Source of the DNA: Klebsormidium nitens
Lineage: Eukaryota > Plantae > Klebsormidiophyceae
Length of the DNA: 64,000 nt
Assembly: GCA_000708835.1 (NCBI GenBank)
Contig: DF237104.1
Coordinates: forward strand, 62,001 to 126,000
Direction: 5' to 3'
Position 1 is the stretch's first letter; each line of letters begins with the position of its first letter. Positions 1 through 11,179 of the stretch are shown piece after piece. Below the pieces are notes generated by a model. It ran no database searches, was not told the DNA's origin, and saw nothing but the letters and a program-made list of their open reading frames with translations. Position numbers and translations under genes: made by a program.

Positions 1-275
1 GGCGTGCTTTCAAACACGTTGACCGCCCTTCGAACACTGCAAACGGTCATCCCCTGCAAAGCCCGTCTTCCCTCGAATATCTCTGTCAAGGGGAAAAGCA
101 TTATCGAAGGGGCAAATACTCATCACGTGCTCGACCAGAATGCACGCAAAAACAGCTTGTTTCCCCCTCTTAAGGGTCCAAAAACTGTATGCCGACGTTA
201 CAAGACAAGCTGGGACTTCAACCAGCTTCGTCGCCCTAACATAAACCGGATCGTTTTGTATGCAAGCCAACTCAC

Positions 276-2672
276 CAGCACAGATTGTCCGGATACGTCA
301 TGCACACGTTCCATTCCGCGTCGGCCTGATCCTGCGCGGTCTTGAAGTCGGTCTCAAACGAGACCGCTACCGGGACTGTGTCCATTGCCCCGCAGTCGGG
401 GGTACACCCAAAGCGCCCAAATCCGTTGAACTCGATGGGGCGGTCGCAGACTCCATCGCCGCACACTGGGTCCGCCCAGATGGTATTCACAAACGTATCG
501 TTGATGTACGCGTAAATGTCGTTGGCGTACGTGAAGCTGCTGCCCTGAAAATAAAGAAGAGGGGAAATGTCACTTAAGCTACAGCACCCACGGTTGACAA
601 GCACAGTAGCAAAATTTAAGAGAGCAGTCTCAGCAATGTCCAACCATGGGGGAAAATGTCCTCAGCTACAGCCCCCATGGTTAGTCCTGCAGTCTCTTCC
701 ACAAAAAGCACGCAATACAAAAAAGCGGCCCAGTCATTCACAGGTCTTTATCATCATCACTGGATTGATGGAGCTCGAATAAAACATCCCGAACCCATCC
801 GAAACATTGACACCTTCCAATGGCAAAAACATTTATCACTACCCGGAAGCCATGGCATTAACAGTTCTAACAGAAGGATCCTCGGGCCCCTTGACCTCGC
901 ACCCAAGATGTCGTTTTTGACAGAGACTTCGGTAGCTTCCACAAAGGCGAAGAGAGTGGTATATCGTCGACTTCTGCAAACTTCGCACCTAATGACTTGC
1001 AGAGTGGCAGTGCAACATCTTGGGTGCGAGTTTAAGGTGCCCGAGGTGTGATTTTAGAGTACAAGCTGTGAACTGTTTGAAACACAAACAAGCGTGGCTC
1101 CAGCGCACCTCTGGCAGAATTGCAGAGTTGGCCGTGGTCAGCTGGTACACGAGCGCACTGTTCTGCTGCATGTACAGGACAGTCATGTACAGGCCCGTAA
1201 AGATAAGGAACGACAGCAGGTTGCAGTATTGCGTCTGCCGGTACTTGGTCTCCTTGATGATGTCATAGACGCGGGAGACAATTGTGCGATCCTGTCTGCG
1301 AGCACAAAGGAGGGAGACTCAATCGGGGCTGGTTAGCCAAAATAGAGAAGCATGATAAGAAGCTTGAATTGGGTCAGAGGGGGAGTGGCCTTGTGGACTG
1401 TTTCTGAAATATTCGACCTTCAAACGCCCATGCAGTAGCGAGAATTACTCACCCTCCACAAAGGGTCTGGTAGGGTGCACTGGCCTGCGGCATTTCTTTC
1501 CTGTCATGTGCACCCAAAGCTTGACCGCCCTGGATTTTAGAAGTGCTGCATCATGCTTTTGTGAGGGTCCCATCTTCGGCACGCTTACGAGATGCTGATG
1601 TTTGAACCTTTACTTTCTTGGCCGCGGCCGCAGAACAAGTTATATTATAGGGGCACATAACGCTGAAGCTCTATATCTGCAAATGCTTCCAAGATGTGTA
1701 ACCCACATCTTCTGTTTTTCTTCGATGTAACGCAGAACTTTGCAAGAGTGGCATACTGGGTTTGTAGACAGCAAAAGCCAAGCCTCGTTTAGCAGATTCC
1801 CACAGCCTACTGCTTCCGAGATAGCGGAAAGACTCCTGCTTGGAAGAAGGACAGGCCAAAGGGAAGAGCAACTAAGGAAAAAACTAGGATGCAAATGAAG
1901 GGAGGGGTTTATGCTTTGGTATTTTGACAGGAGCGGCATGCCCTGTTTCCTGTCTGATCACGTCTAAGATGCTTCGGCAAGTTTAGCCCACACCAAACAT
2001 CACAGAAATATGTGCTACACTGATGACAGATCAATGAGACATAGTGCTGCGTTCCCTTGTACATTGAAACGTGGTGGTCAAGCCGCGATCGCCTCATAAT
2101 GCCCCTGAAACCAATGTTTGACTGGCAAGCAAAATTTTCACCATGACCACTTTCATATCCAGAGAGCTCCTATTCACCAGTTCTTGGAATCTTTAACTTC
2201 CTCAGTCACATTCTTTTGCTCCAGGTCTCAGTCCTTTCTTTCAAGCCCTCGTACTTCTTGCTCTCTTACTCATTGATTCCCACCATCACAACCTTGGTCT
2301 CTTCTGCCCCTGCCCTCCAAAGACCTGAAGACAAGGTTTGACCACATGCCCACTGGCCCTACACATGCAGAAACTCCTCGCCAGGCACTAGGAAAGAACT
2401 CTTAAACAAGGAACAGGAAAGATTGCCAGACGTGACACTCACTCTTCGACGGCGTCGAGGCCATCCTCCAAGCCCAGCCGTCCGTACCGGAACTCTGCGT
2501 CCGAAGTGTCCGACTCTAGACCCGCCGGTAAGCGTCCTGCTGGCGGCCTTTTCCCATTGCTGAAAGCGGGGAGCTCGGGGGCTGCTTTGCCCTGCTCGGC
2601 AGCAAGCCTGGCCTCCTCTTCCCTCCGCTTCTGGTTCTTTTTCCTTTTCAAGATGACAATCTGCGTCGCCAT
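276..2672 (-). CDS. Polycystin/PKD2-like cation channel, green-algal type; 5' part only (gene continues off the left edge)
   Basis: Exons 2672-2443, 1295-1109 and 544-276 join in phase with GT-AG ends. Translation: MATQIVILKRKK...EQDRTIVSRVYDIIKETKYRQTQYCNLLSFLIFTGLYMTVLYMQQ...LPE|GSSFTYANDIYAYINDTFVNTIWADPVCGDGVCDRPIEFNGFGRFGCTPDCG...WNVCMTYPDNLCW. A TM helix followed by DPVCGDGxC..P.EF..FGRFGC..DCG matches my recollection of algal/bryophyte polycystin-like proteins. The channel domain itself is not in the window. Confidence 0.65.
880..1046. repeat. Imperfect ~32-bp inverted repeat enclosing ~103 bp (hairpin or small MITE remnant) in intron 2 of the PKD2-like gene
   Basis: 880-911 cctcgggccccttgacctcgcacccaagatgt versus 1015-1046 acatcttgggtgcgagtttaaggtgcccgagg; these are reverse complements with about 4 mismatches. 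No TSD seen. Confidence 0.7.
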
Positions 2673-4700
2673 CCTGTTGTTTGCGTCAATCAATCCAAAA
2701 ACAGCCCAAAGGGACACTAGGATGGTGTTGTCAGAGCTTGGAAAGGTACGTAAACGTGTATTCTTCTAGCTTCTTCTGCTTCAGATTCAAAGGTGTAGAA
2801 TGACAAGACCGCTCATGGCTTGTCTCAGAGAACAACCACTGCGCTTCTGAAAGTGCAGATTCGGAGCTAGGGAACTTCACAAATTACAGTAGCATCCTGA
2901 CTTTTATGTCCCCAGGGACAACGAATTTGTTTGAGCCGCGCCTGCGCTGCTGTAAATGCTGCAGCGACATGATGTCTACCGAATAGAACGGAACATCACC
3001 AACAGTACGGTGCTCTAAATGCCTTCAATGTCCCAACTTGGAATTGCACGTCCTCTGAAAGAAGCCATATTCAAGAGTACAGCTTATACGGTAGCTGGCT
3101 GCTCCAATACTGCTCAGCACGGAGGCCTTTCTTCACGGTGGTCTCTTGGTCAGGACTCAGGTAGGACTACAGTGCGTCATTGTCAGTCTTCAGTCTGATA
3201 CTAGCAGTGATGGTACATAGTACATACGGTACTACAGGCAGCCGTCCATGGTGGCGTGCCGCGCTGGCATCCCACACTGACGTCCAAGGCTCAAGCCAGC
3301 TTTTCGTCTCTCATCATTCACGGCATGATCCTGTTCCGTACGACTGCCGGGATTGCTCTGTACGGAAATTGTCAGCTGTCGCAACCGCCATTTTCGCACA
3401 TGGCCCGGCGTGACACGTGAGCACGAGATATTAACTTGATGCACGCGTCGTACGGTCTCGGAAGCTGCATGACCGATTTACACCCGCGGAAAAGTACTAA
3501 AAGCGCCAGGTTAGGACAGGGTTTAGAGTAGTCTAATGCAATCTCAGTCGGGAATAAACCCGGTTCTCAGAAATAAGGACAGCCGAGAAGATACTGGACT
3601 GCCACAATCACTAGGTGTGAAAACCTTGCGAAGCGTTTCATTCCTTAATTGGCGGCCCATATGCACGTGATTCGTGAAGAGTCGAAGACCCGATTAGGGG
3701 CGGGCCGCGGGGTGCAGTCAAGTTCAAGCTAGGTTGCCTACTCCTGGTCCCTAGGGGCCCGGCCAGGGCATGTTGACTAACGAAATTGCGGTTTGGGGGT
3801 TATCAAAATTGGACGTGTGAAAGCGTGTTGGAGCTTGTCAATGTTAGGTTAGTATAGGTGTTTTGGGTTGAGCTTTTCCCCGAGCACGAAATGGAATCGA
3901 GAAGGATCCGGGGCGCTCAACCGGCCACCCAACGAAATGCAGGGATCGCCCTAGAAACCGCATGTGCAGTGCATTTATAGCCCTGACAAGACCGTTTTCA
4001 TATGTTGACAGACGCTTATATACGATCGGCCAATCAATATAGGTACCGAGAACCCGACTCGACTGCCTAGCATCGAGCACTGCAGAATGTTCGATGGACC
4101 GTCAGATCGAGCTGGATGCCATGATAAGTCGCCAGTCATGTTCTGATATGGACCAGCCAAACCAATGAATCAGAACGTGGCTCTGTATTCCGTATCGCTC
4201 TCTGAAAGCCAGGGCTGCGGACTTGAGCGAAGCCGCTGTAGAGCAATAATTGTCTGGCAACAGAGGGGAGTGGATTGCATCTGAGGATTTCATCCGTGCT
4301 TCAAAGTTTACCATAATCAAAAATCAACAATCACGGCATGGATGTGTCTTCTTGAAGCAAAGGAATTCAAAGGCCCAAGCTCATTCGTCTCTCATCCTGT
4401 TGTTGCCCCACTTGCCCAAAGCCCGGCCGTCACAGAACTGGATCTCTTGTCGGCACATCTGCTGACCCGCCCACTTCAACATAAGTCAATCGTCAAGAAC
4501 GCTTCTGCCAGTATGGCCTTTCCACTACAAATGATGGCAGATGGCACAAGCGAAGTCGACCGCACATCTCGAGTCGAGGAAATTTTAGTGGTGCGACGGC
4601 TCGTAATCTCGGACCCTTGCTTCCGCAATGCTTCTGACCTGCAGTTTCATTCAGGCCCGTCGAACACTTCCGCCCCTACGGCCCCCTTTTTCATGTTTCT

Positions 4701-7416
4701 TCATCTTCGTTTACTCTGCCGGCTCAAGTGCGTCTCTTCTGCCCCCCCCGAGTGCGCCGTCTCGTGCACCTCCGCCGATATTTTGTTGACCTCGTACAGG
4801 ATGCCCAGAGAGAAGAGCAAACTGCAAAGGTGAAGCGGTACATTGAACACTCATTACAGCAGATCGCTTCGAGCTCGTTGCTTCTCTTGCGTCGTGGCAA
4901 TCCGTTCCAGTAGGAGCAGACATTTTTGTCGCACTTCAAATGGTAAGATGCCGCCTGAGAGCTTCTCACCTTTGAACTCGTCTTCTCTTGCCTCTCTTGC
5001 CTCCAAAGGAGTTCTCTCTTGCAGTTCGTCAAAGTGTTATCCTACTTAAGTCTGACGTTTTCTCTCTTTCATTGGTGTAGAGTGGCTGCTGAGTGCAGCT
5101 TCTGATATTCTCTAGTTTCTGCCGAAAGAGCGGATTCGAAAGGCCGTATTTCTTGGCTTGTCCACGTTTGGTCTGGGGTATCACGCTTCCGTTGGTTGAA
5201 GAGTTTCCAGTTTCGGTGAAAACGACGCAATCCAAAATCAAGTCTTTGTCAACCAAGGACCTTAAGCACGAAGCGCAAAGAAAAGGGTGGTCGCAAGTTG
5301 GCTAAGCTTCGCATTTAAAGTGTCCAAGCGTTTGCGCGCTAGAATGCAGCATGCAGTCAGCAGCCTGGGAGGAGTCGGGCAATCAACGCGGCAACTGGTG
5401 AAGGCTCCAGAAGTGAACGCAAGCGCGCCACAAAGGAACCTCAATCCAGCGTAAGCGACACATTTTAGAATCCAATTGTAAACCTTTCAGCTCCGCTTAC
5501 CACGTGGTTGCCGAGACTCTGTGGACACTGAGAGCCGCAGCCTCCGCAATTAGCAGGGAAACAATCACTGCAACCACAAAATGGAACAAGGTTTTGGGTC
5601 AGCTCGTATAAGTACTCGTTCTGTGTTGGTCCGACCGGCCATTCTCTTATTTCATCTCAAGAGTTCGTGAAGAGGGGTCCAGGCCTTTTGACCAACACGT
5701 TTAACCACTGCAACTTGAAGCTCATGGGCAGATGTGCGGAGCTTGAACCAACATACTTGATTAACGCGGTTAATGAGGGCAGTTCAGCAGGATCTCACTG
5801 ATGAGGGTTTGCAAAGCGACGCATCCAAGAAGAGAAGACCGTGAGCGGATCTTGTGACCGATTGCAGCAGACGACGTGATTGGAGAAAGGAACATCAGCT
5901 TCGCCCCTACATCCCTAAGATCCTAAAACCCTTTCGTGATGGGTAGACTTGAAAGCACAGAAAATTTAGTGATATCAGGGAAGGGCTTTGAGTCCCGCAA
6001 TATCGACAAGTTTTCCGTTTGTTGAAGCAGACCGGTCATTGGTTGAAAAGCAAAACGTTCACTTCAACATCACGACTTTGGCCCGAGTGAGACCATTGGG
6101 AAAACGACTTTTCGTTGACACCAACGAACTGAGCCGCAGACCGCCAATACCAATTCATTGCTGGTGACGAATCGAGTATCTTTTCAACGTCCATCGCCCA
6201 AAAGCAAAGAGCGCTTACCGTGGGGCCAGCCCGCCCTCCCCTTGGCTGTCTCCTCGAAGTTACCGGCAAACTGTACGAAGAACAAGGCGATGTAATGACT
6301 TGTAGAAGCGGTCATTTTCGACGATGGGAGGACAAGCAAAAAAAGAACCGGTAGTCATCCGAGCCACAGTCCGCCGACCCACCAAAAGCAGTGGGCTAAC
6401 AGATCGCTGCGCTATTTCTTCCCCAAGAGACCGGAAAGTGCGCAATCTGAATGCAAGTTAGCTCTGAAAGATAACGGGACCTGGGATCACAATACCAGCA
6501 ACACAACTTGAAGCTTCGCTTATTGGGGTTGCAAACGAAGCGGGAGCCTCAGTCCAATAAGTGAAAGGGGAACCAAACACAGCTCGGCATCTCGGTCGAT
6601 CCAGAAATTTCTTTAAGTGTCTTTTGCGTTTGGGTACATCACCAGATCAACTCTTTCCTCTTCCTTTCGCAGGGATTCCCGGGGCTTCTAATCAAACGGT
6701 AGATATGAGTGGTAAATTATCCATGTAAGACTCTCAATCTTCATTTTGTCACTCGCAGAACGAAGACGCATTCCATTTAAGGCACAACAACAAGTACAAC
6801 CAAAGGGATCCCTCAGCATAGACACACACACAAGGAGAGAGGAGCTCGTGAGCTTCCCCAAGACTGTGGCATGTGTCAGGACACATAGGAACGTACCCGT
6901 TGCTCCTGAAGTACCGATTCCGGCAAAACACAGTGTGGAGGGGAAAACACGAAGATCCTTCACAAGACCAGGGGGATCCCTCACCGTAAGCGCAAAAAGG
7001 AAAAGGAAGGAGCTGACGAGTCCCCCAACAATGGTCAGCAGTTCGGAGGACGCGAGCTGCGCCTTGAACACCTGCTGCGCCGTCAGCGTGAGCAGAAACA
7101 GCACCAGCGACGAGAACATGGACGTGCCTGGGCTGGCGGCTTCGGCGCGCGCTGGAAAATAGCAAAGAAAGATAATGGGATTCAGTTACGGTTTTGTGGT
7201 TGATTGGCGTGCTTTGAACTTGAATGGTGGGAGGCCTGCGTTCCTTATAAGGGGTTTGGAGTGGCAGCCTTGGCTTGCAATGGATGATATGCAAACATGG
7301 TTTGATTAACTGTTGATTCGACGTTGACACATTGCTGAGAGATTGAAGTAAAAGGGGCTTTTGGGCCGGGGCAAGGGTGCGAACGGTCAAAGTCTGGGCT
7401 TGGCGCCTCAACCCAT
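4701..7416 (-). CDS. KRTCAP2: Keratinocyte-associated protein 2 (KCP2), oligosaccharyltransferase accessory subunit, 136 aa
   Basis: Exons 7416-7413, 7151-6985, 6270-6219, 5567-5501 and 4821-4701 total 411 nt with consistent phases. Protein: MARAEAASPGTSMFSSLVLFLLTLTAQQVFKAQLASSELLTIVGGLVSSFLFLFALT FAGNFEETAKGRAGWPHVIVSLLIAEAAALSVHRVSATTCLLFSLGILYEVNKISAEVH...*. The LASxE.xTIxGG, VHRV..TTC and YEVNK motifs are typical of plant KCP2. Confidence 0.9.
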
Positions 7417-9274
7417 GCACGAGAAGAACGCAGGAATCTTGGCTATACTTTGGCCCTACTTTATGCTCTGAAATGATGTTTGAGGGGCTGGCTCTTGATC
7501 TGCGGTGGCAAACGGTGAATGCAGACGGTGAATGACCGTACTGGAGTTAAAAGCATAGCAAGAGGTTCAATTGTCCAAAAATCAAAACAGCGATTCTAAG
7601 CAATGCCAGCAGGGCAGGGCTGATCGGTGGAGTGTGGTTAATTTGACAGGTGGTGATGTTAGAAGTAGATTTATCAATTGGGTAGGAAGGAAGCAGAAAC
7701 CCCATTCTGCAAGCGGAAGCAATTATGGCGGAATAAGGCGCCTTAGGTGCCCGCCTGGAAGCATGTCAGATCCCCCTGTCTAAGCCCCCTGCCAGAATAA
7801 TACGCTCAGCAGGGATAAGGATGGGAGACAGCGGCCGTGGATGGCTCAAAGAAGAGAGTGGAGTGGTGAGGCCCTTAGGAGCATTGCAACTGTAATTCTC
7901 CAGCAGACTCAGCACTAGAGCAAGCGGAGTTTCTGAAGTTAGGCCAATGAGACGGGCAGATCTTTTGGAGCACATTGTGCTGAAAACCAAAGGCAATGGG
8001 AATTGCCTGTGCCTAAAGAAGGCTGCGCTCAAGCTTGATCAAGCACTGCGGAGAGAAAGGCCAGAGTGGCAGTGGTAACTTTGCAGCAGGATTGTTCCTC
8101 GCACGTTTTTTCAAACCAAGGATCTCGTCAACAGCTACATGAGCAAGAATGAACGCGGTATTTTGTATGGATTACAGAATGCACCGCCATCCACGATAGT
8201 GCGGGCGATCAGATCCTGATACCTGACGATAAACTCGAAGGAGCTCGCAGTTAACAACATACATGGCTGAAGCCCAATTCGGGGTCCCAATGAGACAAAA
8301 TTTTGCAGCTGCCCTAGATGACCACATAAGCAGCTTCTTTTCACCAGTGCCCAATGCCAGCAGCAAGCCCATAGGACAAGAATGGTTTAAACACGAATCA
8401 GCTTGTCAAAAACATGAATTGCCTTTGGCAAATGCAAGAACAAGCCTCAATTTCCATGACACCGATCTAAGTGCGAAAATCCACAAAGGGTTTTTTCAAA
8501 GGATACACATACCAAAAGTAGGAAGCTGCGAACAGCATCAGCTCGCGGGAGCGGAAATACGATTGCCCAAGCTTTTGGCAACCGCTAGCACCTCCAAGAA
8601 CGTGGAGGAAGGACGTTCCCTTAACGTGCGACATAACATAAGAGCTATAGTAGGGCCGCTCGATGCTCACCCATCTTGTAAACCTTGCAACACCCAGTAG
8701 TCAAAAGCGATCAAGCTTGACCATTGGAAGTCCCACTCTTGTCAGGAGAGCCTCCTCTGAATACCAACAAACACCACTAGCCAGCGCACATTGTAGAATA
8801 CTATTAAGATCTGCATGAATAGGAACTTGGAAGCTTGATTCTACGCTAGCGAAACTCTCTCTAGAGCTTCATGATACATGAATCATGATAGTGGCGCGCC
8901 GCGCAAGAAGGGCGGCCGCGATAGGACTAATAGGAACGGGGCGGCCACGCAAAATCCATTAGGCGTACGTCTAATGAAGATGTGCGGCACTGCACAGCCG
9001 TCAGATATGGCTCATGCATTCCGTTACACCGTCCGATACGGCTGCAATCAGAGCTCAAAACTTAGCTATGCCAAGTGTCGTCATGACTGCTGCCCTAGTA
9101 AATGAGATGGAAGCCCCTGCTGACTGCCACGTGTTCGTTTTTCATGGGTCACAACCGAGTCTACCTATACCTATTGTCCCCGTGGTGCACGTGGGCACCG
9201 GACTCGGCTACTCGAGATCTATCCTGGAGTGTATTAAAGGTTGCCCTCTCTCTAGCCTCTGATGTGGTATGTAA

Positions 9275-10163
9275 GGGAAGGGTCATTTTGAAGCGGTACC
9301 CCCCGTAGTCGCTGTGGAGCCCTTTTGGGTCGAGGACCCTTGTGCCCCCCCCTTACTCACCAGCCCTGCTCGCTCAAGTCCCAAGTTCCCCCCCCATGCC
9401 TTCGGAACCTTGGAAGGTTCTAAGTCCCCCCCCCATTCACAGGCTTGGGGATTGTGGATATATTAGATGTATTTAGCGGATTTTGTTTTCTGCTGAGTCC
9501 TACAGTAACCTATTATGCAGGGGTTTTTTCACAATTGTGAAAATTCTGCTTTGAAATTGGCTTAAACCACCACCCGGAGTATAAAATCGGGCAAACTCAA
9601 AATGCTGACGTGGCATTCTCGTTGAACGGCCACCAAAATTCAAAATTGCCGAGGGCGCACGGTTATGAAACTTGCAAAATTAAGCTTATAGTACGACTTT
9701 TCAGGACCGTTTCTTCACCATTTTCGGCGGTTCTTCTTTCAATCAGTCTGGAACAGTGAGCCTTGCAAGGCCGCATCAAACCGCCGCGAGAAACGATTAA
9801 AGACAGCTCAATTTTGAGTGAGCAGTGGCATTTCTCATGTTAGAGTCATATGGATGCGCCACAGTCCAAATTTCAAGTTTCGGAGTTCCGAGACCCGGAA
9901 CTGACGGAATGTGGGTCCCACACCTATTTATACCCGGGGTGGTGGTTTAAAACCCGTCATTAATTAACAGGCTCCAGCACACAAATTTCCCCCTCCGACC
10001 TCTAGCCATCGAGGTCTGCACAGGCTCCCCCCCCATATAGCTACATGTCCTTCAAGGGGTATCAAGCCCCCTCCCCTTCATGACTCGATGTTTCAGTCTT
10101 GGTTCCAGGTACCCCCCCCTCAACAGCGACTACGGGGGGTACCGCTTCAAAATGACCCTTCCC
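9275..10163. mobile_element. PIF/Harbinger (Tourist-like) non-autonomous MITE, ~890 bp
   Basis: Perfect ~41-bp TIRs: gggaagggtcattttgaagcggtaccccccgtagtcgctgt at 9275-9315 and its reverse complement at 10123-10163. Flanked by direct TAA|...|TAA. A TWA TSD and GGG termini are typical of PIF/Harbinger. Confidence 0.85.
9566..9946. mobile_element. Second MITE nested inside the PIF-like element, ~380 bp, with a TTAA (or TA) target duplication
   Basis: Left end ttaa|accaccacccggagtataaa and right end tttatacccggggtggtggt|ttaa; 20-bp TIR with 2 mismatches. Confidence 0.7.
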
Positions 10164-11179
10164 TAATATGTACTACTAAGGTAGGTACTAAAGCACCGGA
10201 CCAGAACCTGTACAAAACTAAGTGAGGCTAGGGCTCGAGCAAAGTGCGCGGCGCGTAGTGCACATGCTCGTTTAGATTCTAGAAGCCGCTCAGAGGGGGT
10301 CAAAAATTACTGCAGTGAGCGTTCATGAGGATCGGGTGTCACTAATGGTCATGAGCTGTCAATGACGTCGAGAATGCGTCTCATCTGCGTAGCGCGTATG
10401 TAGTATGTAGTATGTAGTATTACACATTCCGGACAGCCAAGTCAACAGCCCGCTACCGAGACGAATCATCAATGATCAAAGTAAGTCAGGATACTGTTGT
10501 GAAACCATTCTAATCAATTGCGAGTTGTCACTCTGTGATCAGTGGTACCTGACCAATAACCTCTTTGCTCCCATGATGATCCAGTAGTACTCATTGCACG
10601 CTGGCATGTTCGGTAGGGCGGCCGGATTCCGCTACCAATTACCACCAGCTGGATCGGAGGATCTGTCCACCACATGCATATGCTTCCATCCGTTCCGAGC
10701 GTCACATGATGATGAGCGTCACATCCGGGAGGCGGCGCCTGGCGGCGCTAAATCCTGACTGCTCACAACCAACACTGCAACAGTGGCAATACTATGCCTG
10801 CCCATGAGCCAGATGAGCATGTGGCTGCAATTGAGCTTGCAGAAGCTGGCCGTAACCACTTGATGAAGCTGCAGCATCAGGGCGAGTCCTCTGTGATGAG
10901 TGCTCTGCAGGCTGGCCGAGTCCGTGGGGTCATGCAAACTCATGCAGTGCTTTCCCAAGGTGATTTGGTTTTTCAATCCAGCACATAGGTACCTACGCAG
11001 CACTTTTCGCCAGCATGTCCCTGGATCCATAGGCTGGGAAGTGAAACTCACATTCAACACTCGAATCGATTCACTACAAGTCCGGTTCAATCATCCTGGT
11101 CGCGCCCCAGTAACCATTCCAGCTGGCCCCCAGCTGCTCTTTTGTAATCTGATCAAGGTGCAAGGAGCTCAAAGTCTCC

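Noticed and set aside
4342-4833. 163-aa plus-strand ORF
   Set aside because: Antisense to the KRTCAP2 last exon and 3'UTR; no domain recognised.
8263-8700. 145-aa ORF (and 7770-8100 open stretches) upstream of KRTCAP2 as a gene or LINE remnant
   Set aside because: No recognisable domain, no convincing splice structure, and codon usage unlike the real exons; needs a BLASTX search to settle.
10794-10988. 64-aa ORF just upstream of the amidase
   Set aside because: Short, with no recognisable motif or linked exons; may be promoter or UTR sequence.
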